From Candidatus Freyarchaeum deiterrae (GTDB lineage Archaea > Asgardarchaeota > Jordiarchaeia > Jordiarchaeales > Jordiarchaeaceae): DNA of 64,000 nt. Below the pieces are notes generated by a model. The model was not told the origin of the DNA, searched no databases, and was given only the letters and a program-made list of their open reading frames with translations. Location: NCBI GenBank assembly GCA_037305845.1, contig CP147778.1, positions 2,752,001-2,816,000 of the forward strand, read 5' to 3'. Shown here piece by piece: positions 49,498 through 58,635 of the stretch; the first letter of the stretch is position 1, and each line of letters begins with the position of its first letter. A program made the position numbers and the translations under genes.

Positions 49498-50136
49498 ATG
49501 GCAGACCAGTTTGAATTAATCAAAAATAGCATAATCAGATTCGAAACCGAGAAAATAGAGAACTACATCAAAAAAGCACTAAAATCAGGAGCCACCCCCA
49601 CAGAAATCATAGAAAGGGGAATAAGACCTGGAGCCGAACTTACCGGAAAAAAGTTTGACAAATGTGAATTCTACCTCCCAGAACTTATAATGGCGGGTGA
49701 AGTAATCAAGAAGGGAATCTCAGCTCTTGAACCCCTACTGATAAAAGAAAAAAGCGCATACAAAGGCACCGTGATCGCAGCAACCGTACAGGGCGACCTC
49801 CACGAGATTGGAAAAGACTTGGTTTCAGTAATGCTCAAAGGAAACGGATTCAAAGTAATCGACCTAGGTGTCGACGTACCCCCAGAAAAAGTGGTCAAAG
49901 CAGTAAAAGAAAACGAAGCAAGAATTATCTGCTTATCCCTCCTTCTAACCCCAGCGTATGATGGGTTATCCGCAACCATAAAAGCCCTGGAAGAAAACAG
50001 TCTAAGAAAAAGGGTAAAAATAGTCTTAGGAGGAGCAGCGGTCTCCCAAGAAACGGTAAAAAGATATGGAGCAGACTACTACGGACGCGACGCCAACGAA
50101 GCGGTAGAAATCTGCAAACGAATACTGAGCATTTAG
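49498..50136 (+). CDS. Corrinoid (B12-binding) methyltransferase cognate protein
   Basis: FYLPELIMAGE cap domain, GDLHEIGK, DLGVDV, SLL and GGA motifs. Confidence 0.92.
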   Translation: MADQFELIKNSIIRFETEKIENYIKKALKSGATPTEIIERGIRPGAELTGKKFDKCEFYLPELIMAGEVIKKGISALEPLLIKEKSAYKGTVIAATVQGDLHEIGKDLVSVMLKGNGFKVIDLGVDVPPEKVVKAVKENEARIICLSLLLTPAYDGLSATIKALEENSLRKRVKIVLGGAAVSQETVKRYGADYYGRDANEAVEICKRILSI

Positions 50137-50225
50137 AGCAAATAAAAGGAAACCAAAAAAGTAAAATTTAAACGCAGACCATTTTTTTAAAATTTCATAG
50201 CCTAAAAGAGAAACCATTGAACACA

Positions 50226-50915
50226 TCAAGTTTTCCGGATTTTTGTTACGTTCCTTTCACGTAGCATCTGTATGCCCACCACGTAGACCCAGATAACGAA
50301 CAGGGTTGTTGTACTCCACTCTGCCGCTGGAATCCCTAGAATTGCGAGAATTATGTCCACTACAATCACGATGACTCCGAACCATGAGATCGCCTTTGGG
50401 AAAATCTCACTTGAGTACATAGCGTAGCTTGCAAGAATTATAGCCAAACCTATAAGTGCAAAGAAGGCAAATGAGAAAAGTCCATGTTCCGGTTCAAGTG
50501 CCGGAAAGACACCCACATACATCGGAAAGATACCTACACCGATAAGAGCGATAGAACCAGCAACACCAACTACCGTGGCTCCAATTGCGACTCGTTTTCT
50601 CTCCAGAAGTCGACGTAGTATCGGAAATACTGGAATGGATAATATACCGGTGATCATCAAACCGTAGTTATAAATAGGTCCAGAGGTGGGGCCAGCTCCC
50701 AGCTCACTGAGATACCGATCCAATATGCTGAAACCAAAGTTGGGACTAGGAAATACAAAAATCGAGAAAAACCAGGGTCTCAGAGGAGATGTCGCATTAA
50801 ATAGCACTGCGGTCGATATGAAAATAACGGTAAAGGTCATAGCCACAATAGCGAGTACGCCTCCAAGCAATGTCACTCTCGGATTTAACTCCATTACTAT
50901 CTTCTTCGCCGTCAA
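50226..50915 (-). CDS. DUF998 family membrane protein
   Basis: YLSELG..YNYGL, VGIFP, HGLFS..FF and EW motifs. Confidence 0.78.
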   Translation of the reverse strand: MTAKKIVMELNPRVTLLGGVLAIVAMTFTVIFISTAVLFNATSPLRPWFFSIFVFPSPNFGFSILDRYLSELGAGPTSGPIYNYGLMITGILSIPVFPILRRLLERKRVAIGATVVGVAGSIALIGVGIFPMYVGVFPALEPEHGLFSFAFFALIGLAIILASYAMYSSEIFPKAISWFGVIVIVVDIILAILGIPAAEWSTTTLFVIWVYVVGIQMLRERNVTKIRKT

Positions 50916-51115
50916 AATCACCTCTTATTCAATTATGAAAAATTGGTTCCACTTCCTATTAACAATTATTGTTATAGAAGGAAGCATTATGAAAAAAAAA
51001 TAATTCAAAAAATGAGAGAAAGAAAATCGCTACCGTATGAAGAATAAAAAAGGATAATTGATAATTTGATTTAGGGATTTCTAATTGAAGGATTGCTACT
51101 ATCTTTTCTCAGTAT

Positions 51116-51781
51116 CTAAACTTCTGTCGCGTTGCGTCTTATGAGCATGTGTATTCCCACTGCTAAGATCCACACCACTACGGCAAAGAAAACTGCCCAC
51201 TCTTCAACTGATTTTTGAAGAATTAGGAAGCTTAGGTCAATTGCAGCAAAGATAATTCCCAGTGCCACATTTACTTTAGAGAAAAACTTACCTCGAAACA
51301 TCGCGTAACTCAGAAGAACAATTGAAATACCTACAGCTATGAAGAAAGTAAAAGCAAAGATGAGATGCTCCGCGGTGTGAATATACAAAGGGAAAACACT
51401 ACTCATGCTCATGCCTATTGAAGCAACTACTCCTGCTACGATTCCAATCTTAGCTATAATAGTACTTCTCAAGAGTCTCAACATAGCGGGATATGCGGGA
51501 ATCACTAGAATACCAGAAATAATTATGCCCACATTGTACAAGAACGCGGAAGGTCCAGCACTCATTTCACTCACGAACTGATACCAAAAATCGTACCCTA
51601 CGTTAAGCACTGGTATGGGATAAAGAAGCCCCATAACACTCAGGGGTCTAAAAGGAAACACGGTGTAAGTAACCACAGCACCAAGTACAGAAACAGTACC
51701 TACAACTGCGGAAATAACAGCAAACAATCCACCAATAATAGCAGCCCTCGGACTCACCGCCGACTTCTTAGACTTCGCCAC
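51116..51781 (-). CDS. DUF998 family membrane protein
   Basis: FVSEMS..YNVG, VFP..H..AFTFF and EEW motifs; GTG start with RBS. Confidence 0.75.
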   Translation of the reverse strand: MAKSKKSAVSPRAAIIGGLFAVISAVVGTVSVLGAVVTYTVFPFRPLSVMGLLYPIPVLNVGYDFWYQFVSEMSAGPSAFLYNVGIIISGILVIPAYPAMLRLLRSTIIAKIGIVAGVVASIGMSMSSVFPLYIHTAEHLIFAFTFFIAVGISIVLLSYAMFRGKFFSKVNVALGIIFAAIDLSFLILQKSVEEWAVFFAVVVWILAVGIHMLIRRNATEV

Positions 51782-51983
51782 TACATTACCTCTCATTAAA
51801 TCATACACCAAAATTGTATCCACTATCAGACCACTCAATAATTAAACTTTACTCAAATTTGTGAAAATTCAGTACTAATAATATGAAATAAAGAATTAAA
51901 ACAATCCCTATTGTTAGAAAAGAAAAAAATGAGTTGGATAATTCGGTTAGTGACGCTTTTAAGCTTCCATGTTTTTGGGTTTT

Positions 51984-52661
51984 TTAAACCTCTATTGCGT
52001 TACGTTTTACAAGCACCCATATTCCCGCTGCTAAAATCCAAGTAGATATTAAGAAGTAGACTGCCCACTCTGCTATTACAGATAACAAAAGTATGAAGAT
52101 TACGTCAACCACCACAAAGATGAACCCGTATATCGCAAGCGCTTTAGGGACAGTTGTGCTCCGGAATATCTTTATGCTTAGTAGAACAATTGCAACCCCT
52201 GAGCATATGAAGAACGTAAAAGCAAAGAGACCGTGATACGGGGTCAAAATCATGGGGAAGAGCCCAACACCGATCGCACCTACAGCACCAATCGCACCAA
52301 ATACTGCTGCAATTTTTGCAATGATAGAGCCTCTAAAGAGTCCTTGCAAACCAGGGAACACGGGAATCCCAAGAATACCTGCAATAATCAAACCCACATT
52401 AAACATGAAAGCACTAGGGCCGATCCCAAGCTCACTTATAGCCTGACTCGTCATAGAATATCCAGTGTTAAAAGTCCAATAGGGATAAGGAAGTCCACTG
52501 AGAATCCCACTAAAAGGTATAGGCCTAAGAGGGAATATAGTATAAGTGAACACTGCACCAAGCACAAAAACAAGGCTAACAACCATTGAAGCAACCGCGA
52601 ATATTCCGCCAATCAGAACAATTCTCGGAGCTCCATCTTTCTTTTCAGTACGCTTAGCCAC
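51984..52661 (-). CDS. DUF998 family membrane protein
   Basis: AISELG..FNVGL, VGLFP..HGLFAFTFF and AEW motifs. Confidence 0.78.
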   Translation of the reverse strand: MAKRTEKKDGAPRIVLIGGIFAVASMVVSLVFVLGAVFTYTIFPLRPIPFSGILSGLPYPYWTFNTGYSMTSQAISELGIGPSAFMFNVGLIIAGILGIPVFPGLQGLFRGSIIAKIAAVFGAIGAVGAIGVGLFPMILTPYHGLFAFTFFICSGVAIVLLSIKIFRSTTVPKALAIYGFIFVVVDVIFILLLSVIAEWAVYFLISTWILAAGIWVLVKRNAIEV

Positions 52662-53050
52662 TATTTGTCGCCTCTGACTGCTACAGATTAAGTTATTTAC
52701 TATGTAATATGTTAAAGAAAACACATATTTAAATCATGGGGTTAGTCGGCAGAAGTGAACAAAATGAAGTAAACAAATCTAATTAAGCTATATATATAAT
52801 ACAATCAAAGTTTTCAAGTCCGGAATAACTTTATTTATGTCTCATCCATTAGCTAGCAATCGCACATCTATCTCTCATAATAGTCCACTTTCCCCGTTAC
52901 AGAACCCAAGGCGCCTCCCCTACTATTTATATAGCAAGATAAAGCTCCTACCAATCGTCTACTAAGCAGAAGCGAGTATATTCCGATTCGAGTCAAATGG
53001 AGGGCATTTTTACCGAAAGATATATATAATAAATACTATAACACTATTAT

Positions 53051-53135
53051 CCGTGGGTGACGTGGGAAATTGATTTTTTATCCTCTTTTCATCCTAATCC
53101 CCCCTCCCCCTCGCATGGCATCCACGCCACCCACA
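53051..53135 (+). ncRNA. Candidate small RNA: GC-rich terminal stem with pyrimidine-rich loop, downstream of a TATA-like box
   Basis: GTGGGTGACGTGG (53053-65) pairs with CCACGCCACCCAC (53122-34). GAAAGATATATATAA lies about 25-30 nt upstream. Confidence 0.3.
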
Positions 53136-53377
53136 CTTATTATAACCAAATAATTCTCAACAACGAGTGAATATATTCTCTCGATAATTGAAACTTGTTT
53201 TTCTTTAAGAAGAGTAACTATAATGTATAAACCGCGTCTAGAATCACTTATTTCTTATGTCAAAAATATAATAATTCTTGATTTTAATGTATTATTCTTG
53301 GAATTTTGGGTTTGCTGAATTTGGAAGTATGCCTTTTCGACAACAGTTTTATCTATAATTTTTCACTATTTACTAAT

Positions 53378-53923
53378 ATGCCACCAAAAGCAGTTAGAAC
53401 TGTAAAAGATTTAATTTACTGGCAGTATGCAAAGCTTATTGCCGAGTCGGCGGGGTATGGAAAAACCAAGAACTACGGCTTTATTATGGACAGATTCAAG
53501 CAGCTTAAAAATGGAGAGATTCAATGGTCAGGGTCGATAAGAGAGTACATAAAAGAGCGGGAAAGACTGAATGAGTGTATTTATTGTGGGAGTAAAGAGT
53601 CTTTAAGTACCGATCACCTTATACCTAAAAGCCGGGGAGGACCCGATACTGGGGACAATGCAGTTACCGCATGCAAAAAATGTAACTCCTCTAAGGGAGA
53701 TAAAGGTGTATACGAATGGTATGGACTCGAAGGAAGGAATGAACTTCCCAGAATAGTGGAAGGAAAATATTTGAAGTTGCTTTACACACTCCACGAAAAA
53801 GAAGGAACACTGGACTTGGATGTCGAAAATCTAGGTAAACTATGCAAGATATGCGGTATAGGGAATCTATGCGAAGAAACCGCACTCACCGTGTATTGCT
53901 TGGAAAGCATTTTACCAAAGTAG
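53378..53923 (+). CDS. HNH endonuclease
   Basis: CIYCG..STDHLIPKSRGG..NAVTACKKCNSSKG. Probably leaderless from ATG 53378. Confidence 0.9.
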   Translation: MPPKAVRTVKDLIYWQYAKLIAESAGYGKTKNYGFIMDRFKQLKNGEIQWSGSIREYIKERERLNECIYCGSKESLSTDHLIPKSRGGPDTGDNAVTACKKCNSSKGDKGVYEWYGLEGRNELPRIVEGKYLKLLYTLHEKEGTLDLDVENLGKLCKICGIGNLCEETALTVYCLESILPK

Positions 53924-54200
53924 ATTCACGGATTCAAATTCCAAAAGAATAGGTTCATAGTTCCGTAAACATGTACTTTTTAAGGGCATATATTAGGCAG
54001 CTACAGGTTTTAGCTATGCTGTTAATTTTTGGTAGAGCTAACCGGTGATTTTAACAATACCGCGTCTTTCTATGAGGTTCGATTTGATTTCCGTAATCCT
54101 TATTTATTATATCTTTATTGTTTTTTGTAATCTCATCGTGAATTACTCACATTGTTAATAATTTGTTAGAGTATATTTGTTGCGTGGGAGTGATTTTGAT

Positions 54201-55046
54201 ATGTGTGATTTTTGTGCCAAGCACAGTACTGGAAAGTACTGGTATAAGTGGGCCAGCCGCTACGCTCGTCAGATGTACCACAGGAATAGAGTTGGTCAAC
54301 AACCTGAGGGAGCAGGAACAAATCTTGAAGCGCAGTTCGGCATCCTCGCATTGCAGGCAATGCAAGCAAAGAATCTGGAACCGGAGAAATTTCCAGAACT
54401 CGTCGCCACTGTTAACAGGATGGCTAGAGACATTCACTGCGGTCAGGTAATAACCCTAGAAGACGCGCAAAACATGATTGACCTTGCGAGTCCCATTGCG
54501 TTCATAGCCTGTGACTGTCGCAGGCAGATCCACGGTTACATTGAACGCGACCGCTCAAGAATGACCTGCCTCGGACTGGGAGTGGGAATGTTTAGATGGG
54601 AAAGAATCCCTTCAAGGTACGCTGCGGGAGCTGATTTTGTAAGCGACAAGGAAGCCAAAGAATGGTTAAAGACCTGGAATAAGAAGGGTATGGTTCATAC
54701 TTTGATGACATTCGGGTTGAGAGATGGAGCTCCCTACATTGGCGGACTGTGCAATTGCTCTTACGGTGATTGTCTCAGTATCCGTTGGAGACTGGACTAT
54801 GGAATAGAACAACTGTTAAAGGGAGAGAGGGTTGCGGTTCTCAACCATCCCGAGGAGTGCACCGGCTGTTTTCAATGTGTCACCCGTTGCCAGTTTGGTG
54901 CTATAACAGCCAACATACGGGATGAGAAGCCCTACATAGACTTAACCAAGTGTTTCGGCTGCGGATTATGCCAAACCGGATGCAAAAAGGGCGCAATTGG
55001 TCTAGTAGACCGACGCAACTTCGAGGTACTCAAAAACTCTTGGTGA
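54201..55046 (+). CDS. 4Fe-4S dicluster protein with additional Cys-rich N-terminal domain
   Basis: CDFC, CDCR, CNC...C, CTGCFQCVTRC and CFGCGLCQTGC motifs. Confidence 0.85.
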   Translation: MCDFCAKHSTGKYWYKWASRYARQMYHRNRVGQQPEGAGTNLEAQFGILALQAMQAKNLEPEKFPELVATVNRMARDIHCGQVITLEDAQNMIDLASPIAFIACDCRRQIHGYIERDRSRMTCLGLGVGMFRWERIPSRYAAGADFVSDKEAKEWLKTWNKKGMVHTLMTFGLRDGAPYIGGLCNCSYGDCLSIRWRLDYGIEQLLKGERVAVLNHPEECTGCFQCVTRCQFGAITANIRDEKPYIDLTKCFGCGLCQTGCKKGAIGLVDRRNFEVLKNSW

Positions 55047-55051
55047 TATGT

Positions 55052-55342
55052 ATGGGTTCAAAAGTAAGAATAACAGTGGATTACCAGAAATGTAATAAAC
55101 CCTTCACCTGCAAGAAATGTATGGACATCTGCCCCGGACAAGTATTCCTGCTCGCCGTCAATCCCATGATGGTCAGAAAGTACCAACCCGTAGACGAAAA
55201 TCAACCGGGATCCTACATACTTCTGACACCAATGATTCTCAAGTGTGTAGGATGCATGGAGTGCGTAAAGTCATGCCCCAATGACGCCCTGAGAGTGAAT
55301 ATCGAACAAACGAAACCAGAAATCCAAGCTCCACAAAGCTGA
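55052..55342 (+). CDS. Ferredoxin (2x4Fe-4S)
   Basis: CNKPFTCKKCMDICP and CVGCMECVKSCP; ATG 55052 follows a GGTGA RBS. Confidence 0.85.
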   Translation: MGSKVRITVDYQKCNKPFTCKKCMDICPGQVFLLAVNPMMVRKYQPVDENQPGSYILLTPMILKCVGCMECVKSCPNDALRVNIEQTKPEIQAPQS

Positions 55343-55360
55343 AAAGTGAGGATGAACTAA

Positions 55361-55900
55361 ATGGGTGAAAAATATCAATACTACATCACCGATGAATTAT
55401 TCAATACCATAGAAAAGGAATTCGACGCCGAAGCCATAGCGAAAAAATACGCTAAAACCAAGTCCATAAAAGACTTTGAGGAGTACGGAAAACAACTCAT
55501 GAAGAGAACCATGGAACTAAGCAACCAGGAAAAGTACCGCGACCACACATACGAAATCCTTATCGAAGCCGCCAAAAAAACAGGCGAACTCGTCTTCCCC
55601 CACGTAGCCCAGAGATACATCGAAATAGCATACCTATCAGTCCAGCTCATGCCCCTTCTCCAGGTGGAGGCAAACAACTCTCAGGAATTCAGCTTCAGGG
55701 TATTTGAGAACGATTGCAAAATCTATCAATCCCTCAAAAACCTAATAAGCGAAAAGGAGCTAAAAGAACTCCCCTGCCAAGCAGCGTGCCTCTCCTGCCT
55801 GAAAACAGTGTTCGACGAAATGGAATTTAAAGTCGAATTAACCATGCCTGAAAAGATGCCCGAGAGCGGAGACTGTTATTTCCAAGCAGTAAAAAAATAG
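55361..55900 (+). CDS. Hypothetical protein (V4R/ATC-hydrolase-like Cys pattern)
   Basis: Third gene of the Fe-S operon; C....C...C..C and a terminal C.F. Confidence 0.65.
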   Translation: MGEKYQYYITDELFNTIEKEFDAEAIAKKYAKTKSIKDFEEYGKQLMKRTMELSNQEKYRDHTYEILIEAAKKTGELVFPHVAQRYIEIAYLSVQLMPLLQVEANNSQEFSFRVFENDCKIYQSLKNLISEKELKELPCQAACLSCLKTVFDEMEFKVELTMPEKMPESGDCYFQAVKK

Positions 55901-56149
55901 GATAAAAACTCAAACCTCCTTCTTTTTTCATATACTCTTTTTAATCCAAGAAGATTGGCAAAAGGTTACCAATCAGATACCTTTTTTGAAGCTCATTAGA
56001 CCTAACAGAGCATTCCTTATTCTAGGATTATCGGAAAATTTTAATTAAAATACAGTTCTTATCTTCAAACAAGAACAAAGCGAAAACTTTTAAACTCACC
56101 ACTCATTCCAACAAAACAGCTAAACACAAAACAAAAAGCTGGTGAAAAA

Positions 56150-56371
56150 ACGCAAGAAACCCCAAAAGAGAAAAATAAAGAAAACACAAGCCAGACAAAT
56201 CCACTAGATTTCAAAATAGACACCAGCGGCATAGGATCAGATATGCTCTACCCCTGCTGCATCGGCGGAAACTGCGCGCTGTACTTCTACTATGAAGACC
56301 TATGGAGAGAGGAGCAAGAAAAGGAAAACAAAACAGCAAAACAGCAAGGCAAAACCGAGGGAGAGAAATGA
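56150..56371 (+). CDS. Small Lys/Glu-rich peptide with Cys/aromatic core (copy 1)
   Basis: ACG start after a GGTGA RBS: (M)QETPKEKNK...DMLYPCCIGGNCALYFYYEDLWREEQEK. Not in the ORF track. Confidence 0.45.
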   Translation, partial: TQETPKEKNKENTSQTNPLDFKIDTSGIGSDMLYPCCIGGNCALYFYYEDLWREEQEKENKTAKQQGKTEGEK

Positions 56372-56587
56372 AGACACCCCCCGCAGAAAAAAAATAAACA
56401 AAAACCAAAAACACAAATACAAACAGAAACCGAAAAAGAAAAAGCGGAAGGACTCGAAAACCTCTACACTTTCCGAGCGGGCGCAAGCTGCGGACTCTAC
56501 TCCATGGAAGAAGAATTCTGGGAAAACCTAGGAGAAAAAATAAACCTCACACCCAAAAAAGAAAAAGAAAAGAAACAAAACCCATAA
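56368..56587 (+). pseudogene. Small peptide copy 2, frameshifted in an A8 run
   Basis: ATGA overlap with copy 1: MKTPPAEK/(frameshift)NKQK...ENLYTFRAGASCGLYSMEEEFWENLGEK. Confidence 0.42.
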
Positions 56588-56801
56588 ACCAACCACAAAA
56601 AACAAAAACAAAAATAATAACAAAAACCTACAAAAGGTCAAGTTAAGACCATTAGAACCAACTACTTTTTATAAAGTTTCTTTTAGGGGTCAAATGCAAT
56701 CGCAAATCTCTAACCATTAGAAGACGGCAACGACAATATTATTTATAAATGTTGCTTGCGAAATTATTTTGTGTTAATCGAAATTTTAATGCGAAGGGTG
56801 C

Positions 56802-57494
56802 TTGAAATTGGAAGGCGTCACTTCGAATGTTGAGGAATTTGTCGCTTACTATAAAGGTAAACCTGTGATTAAGAACATGTTTATTAATGAACTTCTCAAA
56901 ATTCCTAAAAAAGTTATAATACTTGACATTGGCTGTGGTATTGGGAATTTAATTTCCTATCTGAGATTAGAGGGATACGAAAAAGTACTGGGCTTTGATA
57001 TTGATGAGCGAATAATAAAAGTTGCGAAAGCTGAGGGTGTAAAAGATGTTTTCATCGGTGATGCGCACAATATTCCAATCAGACCCAACATGATTAACTA
57101 TGCCCTCTGTTATAGTTTGATTGAGCATACAAATAATCCCAGAGCTGTGGTAAGGGAGATCCTAAGACTTTTGAAGGATGAGGGATTTTTGTACATTTCG
57201 GTACCTAATGGATATTCAATCAATGATATTCTACTCAGATTGGGTGGAAAAATTCTTAGAGGAAGAACCCCACACTTACAGAAATTTAAGAAAAGGGACA
57301 TAATGAAACTATTAGAAACTACTGGTTTTGAGATAATTGAAATTAAAGATCGCAAAGGATTCATCTTGTTTAATCTACCTGTGTGGTCTTCTTTATTGCC
57401 TTCAAAAATACACAGTATATTTAAAAAAATTGGTAATATATTAGGGCAGTCTATAAAACTCGGGTGGGAGCTTAAAGCGAAAAAACATGATTAA
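56802..57494 (+). CDS. Class I SAM-dependent methyltransferase (glycan-locus type)
   Basis: ILDIGCGIG, GFD, IEH..NP and LYISVPN motifs. Confidence 0.87.
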   Translation: MKLEGVTSNVEEFVAYYKGKPVIKNMFINELLKIPKKVIILDIGCGIGNLISYLRLEGYEKVLGFDIDERIIKVAKAEGVKDVFIGDAHNIPIRPNMINYALCYSLIEHTNNPRAVVREILRLLKDEGFLYISVPNGYSINDILLRLGGKILRGRTPHLQKFKKRDIMKLLETTGFEIIEIKDRKGFILFNLPVWSSLLPSKIHSIFKKIGNILGQSIKLGWELKAKKHD

Positions 57495-57590
57495 AACTTT
57501 TATAGCTCAGATTGTTTCATGATTGTAAGGAGAAAGAAGTTATTTTTGTTCAAGCTGTAAGGAGAAGTAATGATTGCTATTAGATGTCCA

Positions 57591-58547
57591 TTAGCGTGCA
57601 GTTTTATTCCTAACAGAAATCCACCATTTCTTGTTTTCACTTAGACGAATTTTGACTGCATATGGTAGCATGTCCACGTTCCTACCAAATATAATTCCTG
57701 CTAACTTGAAAGATTCATATATGAGAGTATATGGTATCCACATAAAATGCCCACTTTTCACTAGGTATTTAAACTCATTAATTAAGTATACAATAATTGT
57801 TCTTGGTCCGTATTTTCCCTTATCTCCCTTGCATATTAGTTGCATTGCGGCGCCGTCGTCAAAACGTCTTTTAAAAGCAGATATTAACGAATAATTATGT
57901 GAATGATAAACACAAGAGTCGGGCATATATAATATATTATATCCTGCTTTTAGAACATCTAGAGCCCATTTTTTGTCTAGTGAAAAGATTATTGACTCAT
58001 CAAACTTGATTTTCGTCCAGATGCTTTTCTTCATGGCTGCATTTACATTAGAGATAAACGCGTTAGATACGTAAAAATCTTCTAAATTCTGCTCAATACT
58101 TTTACTAGTAATAGTTTTTGGTACTTTGGGATAAAAAAAATGGTAAAAGAATTTTTCCATAAGGTTCGCGTTTTTATGAGCCGTTTGACGCCCATACACT
58201 GCAGCAATTTTGCTATCTTTCAAGGGCGTTACCAATTTTTCAAGCCACTGCCCATCTATAGGTATAGCGTCTTGCGATATATAGACAAGAATATTGTTTT
58301 TAGCAAGATTCCCACCCAGATTTCTTGTTCTGCTAAACTGAAACTCTTCAGGTTTTATAGTGTATATTCTTACCGGATAATTTTTAGCAATGGTTAGCGT
58401 ATTGTCACTAGACCCAGAGTCTATGATAAGTACTTCGAATTCTCCACTAAATTTTTGTTTGAAAACTTTATTTAATAAGGCAGCAAAAGCATCTCCAGCA
58501 TTTTTAGTTAATATTATCAAACTTACCGAATGTGTATTTTTCATCAA
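57591..58547 (-). CDS. GT2 glycosyltransferase, rhamnosyltransferase-like
   Basis: IIDSGSSDNT, F....TRN, SQDA, AVYGRQ and VYHSHNY motifs. Confidence 0.9.
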   Translation of the reverse strand: MMKNTHSVSLIILTKNAGDAFAALLNKVFKQKFSGEFEVLIIDSGSSDNTLTIAKNYPVRIYTIKPEEFQFSRTRNLGGNLAKNNILVYISQDAIPIDGQWLEKLVTPLKDSKIAAVYGRQTAHKNANLMEKFFYHFFYPKVPKTITSKSIEQNLEDFYVSNAFISNVNAAMKKSIWTKIKFDESIIFSLDKKWALDVLKAGYNILYMPDSCVYHSHNYSLISAFKRRFDDGAAMQLICKGDKGKYGPRTIIVYLINEFKYLVKSGHFMWIPYTLIYESFKLAGIIFGRNVDMLPYAVKIRLSENKKWWISVRNKTAR

Positions 58548-58557
58548 ACCACCTCGA

Positions 58558-58593
58558 GGAGCCCCCGTCTGAAAAGGGTGGGAAGGAATTTAG
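58558..58593 (+). mobile_element. Possible degenerate IS200/IS605 (TnpB) right-end hairpin remnant
   Basis: GGAGCCCCCGTCTGAAAAGGGTGGGAAGGAATTTAG resembles the archaeal TnpB-element end GGAAxCCxCGCCCTTxAGGGCGGGGAGGAAGTCAG as recalled. Confidence 0.3.
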
Positions 58594-58635
58594 CTGCCTT
58601 TAAATATTCTTTGGATAAATTTTTATTTCGAAACC

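Noticed and set aside
52911-53006. tRNA-like remnant (TTCGAGT loop, 3' GGAGGGCA, CT-ACT-AA loop)
   Set aside because: The acceptor, D and T stems do not pair properly. At most a heavily decayed tRNA; it needs tRNAscan-SE.
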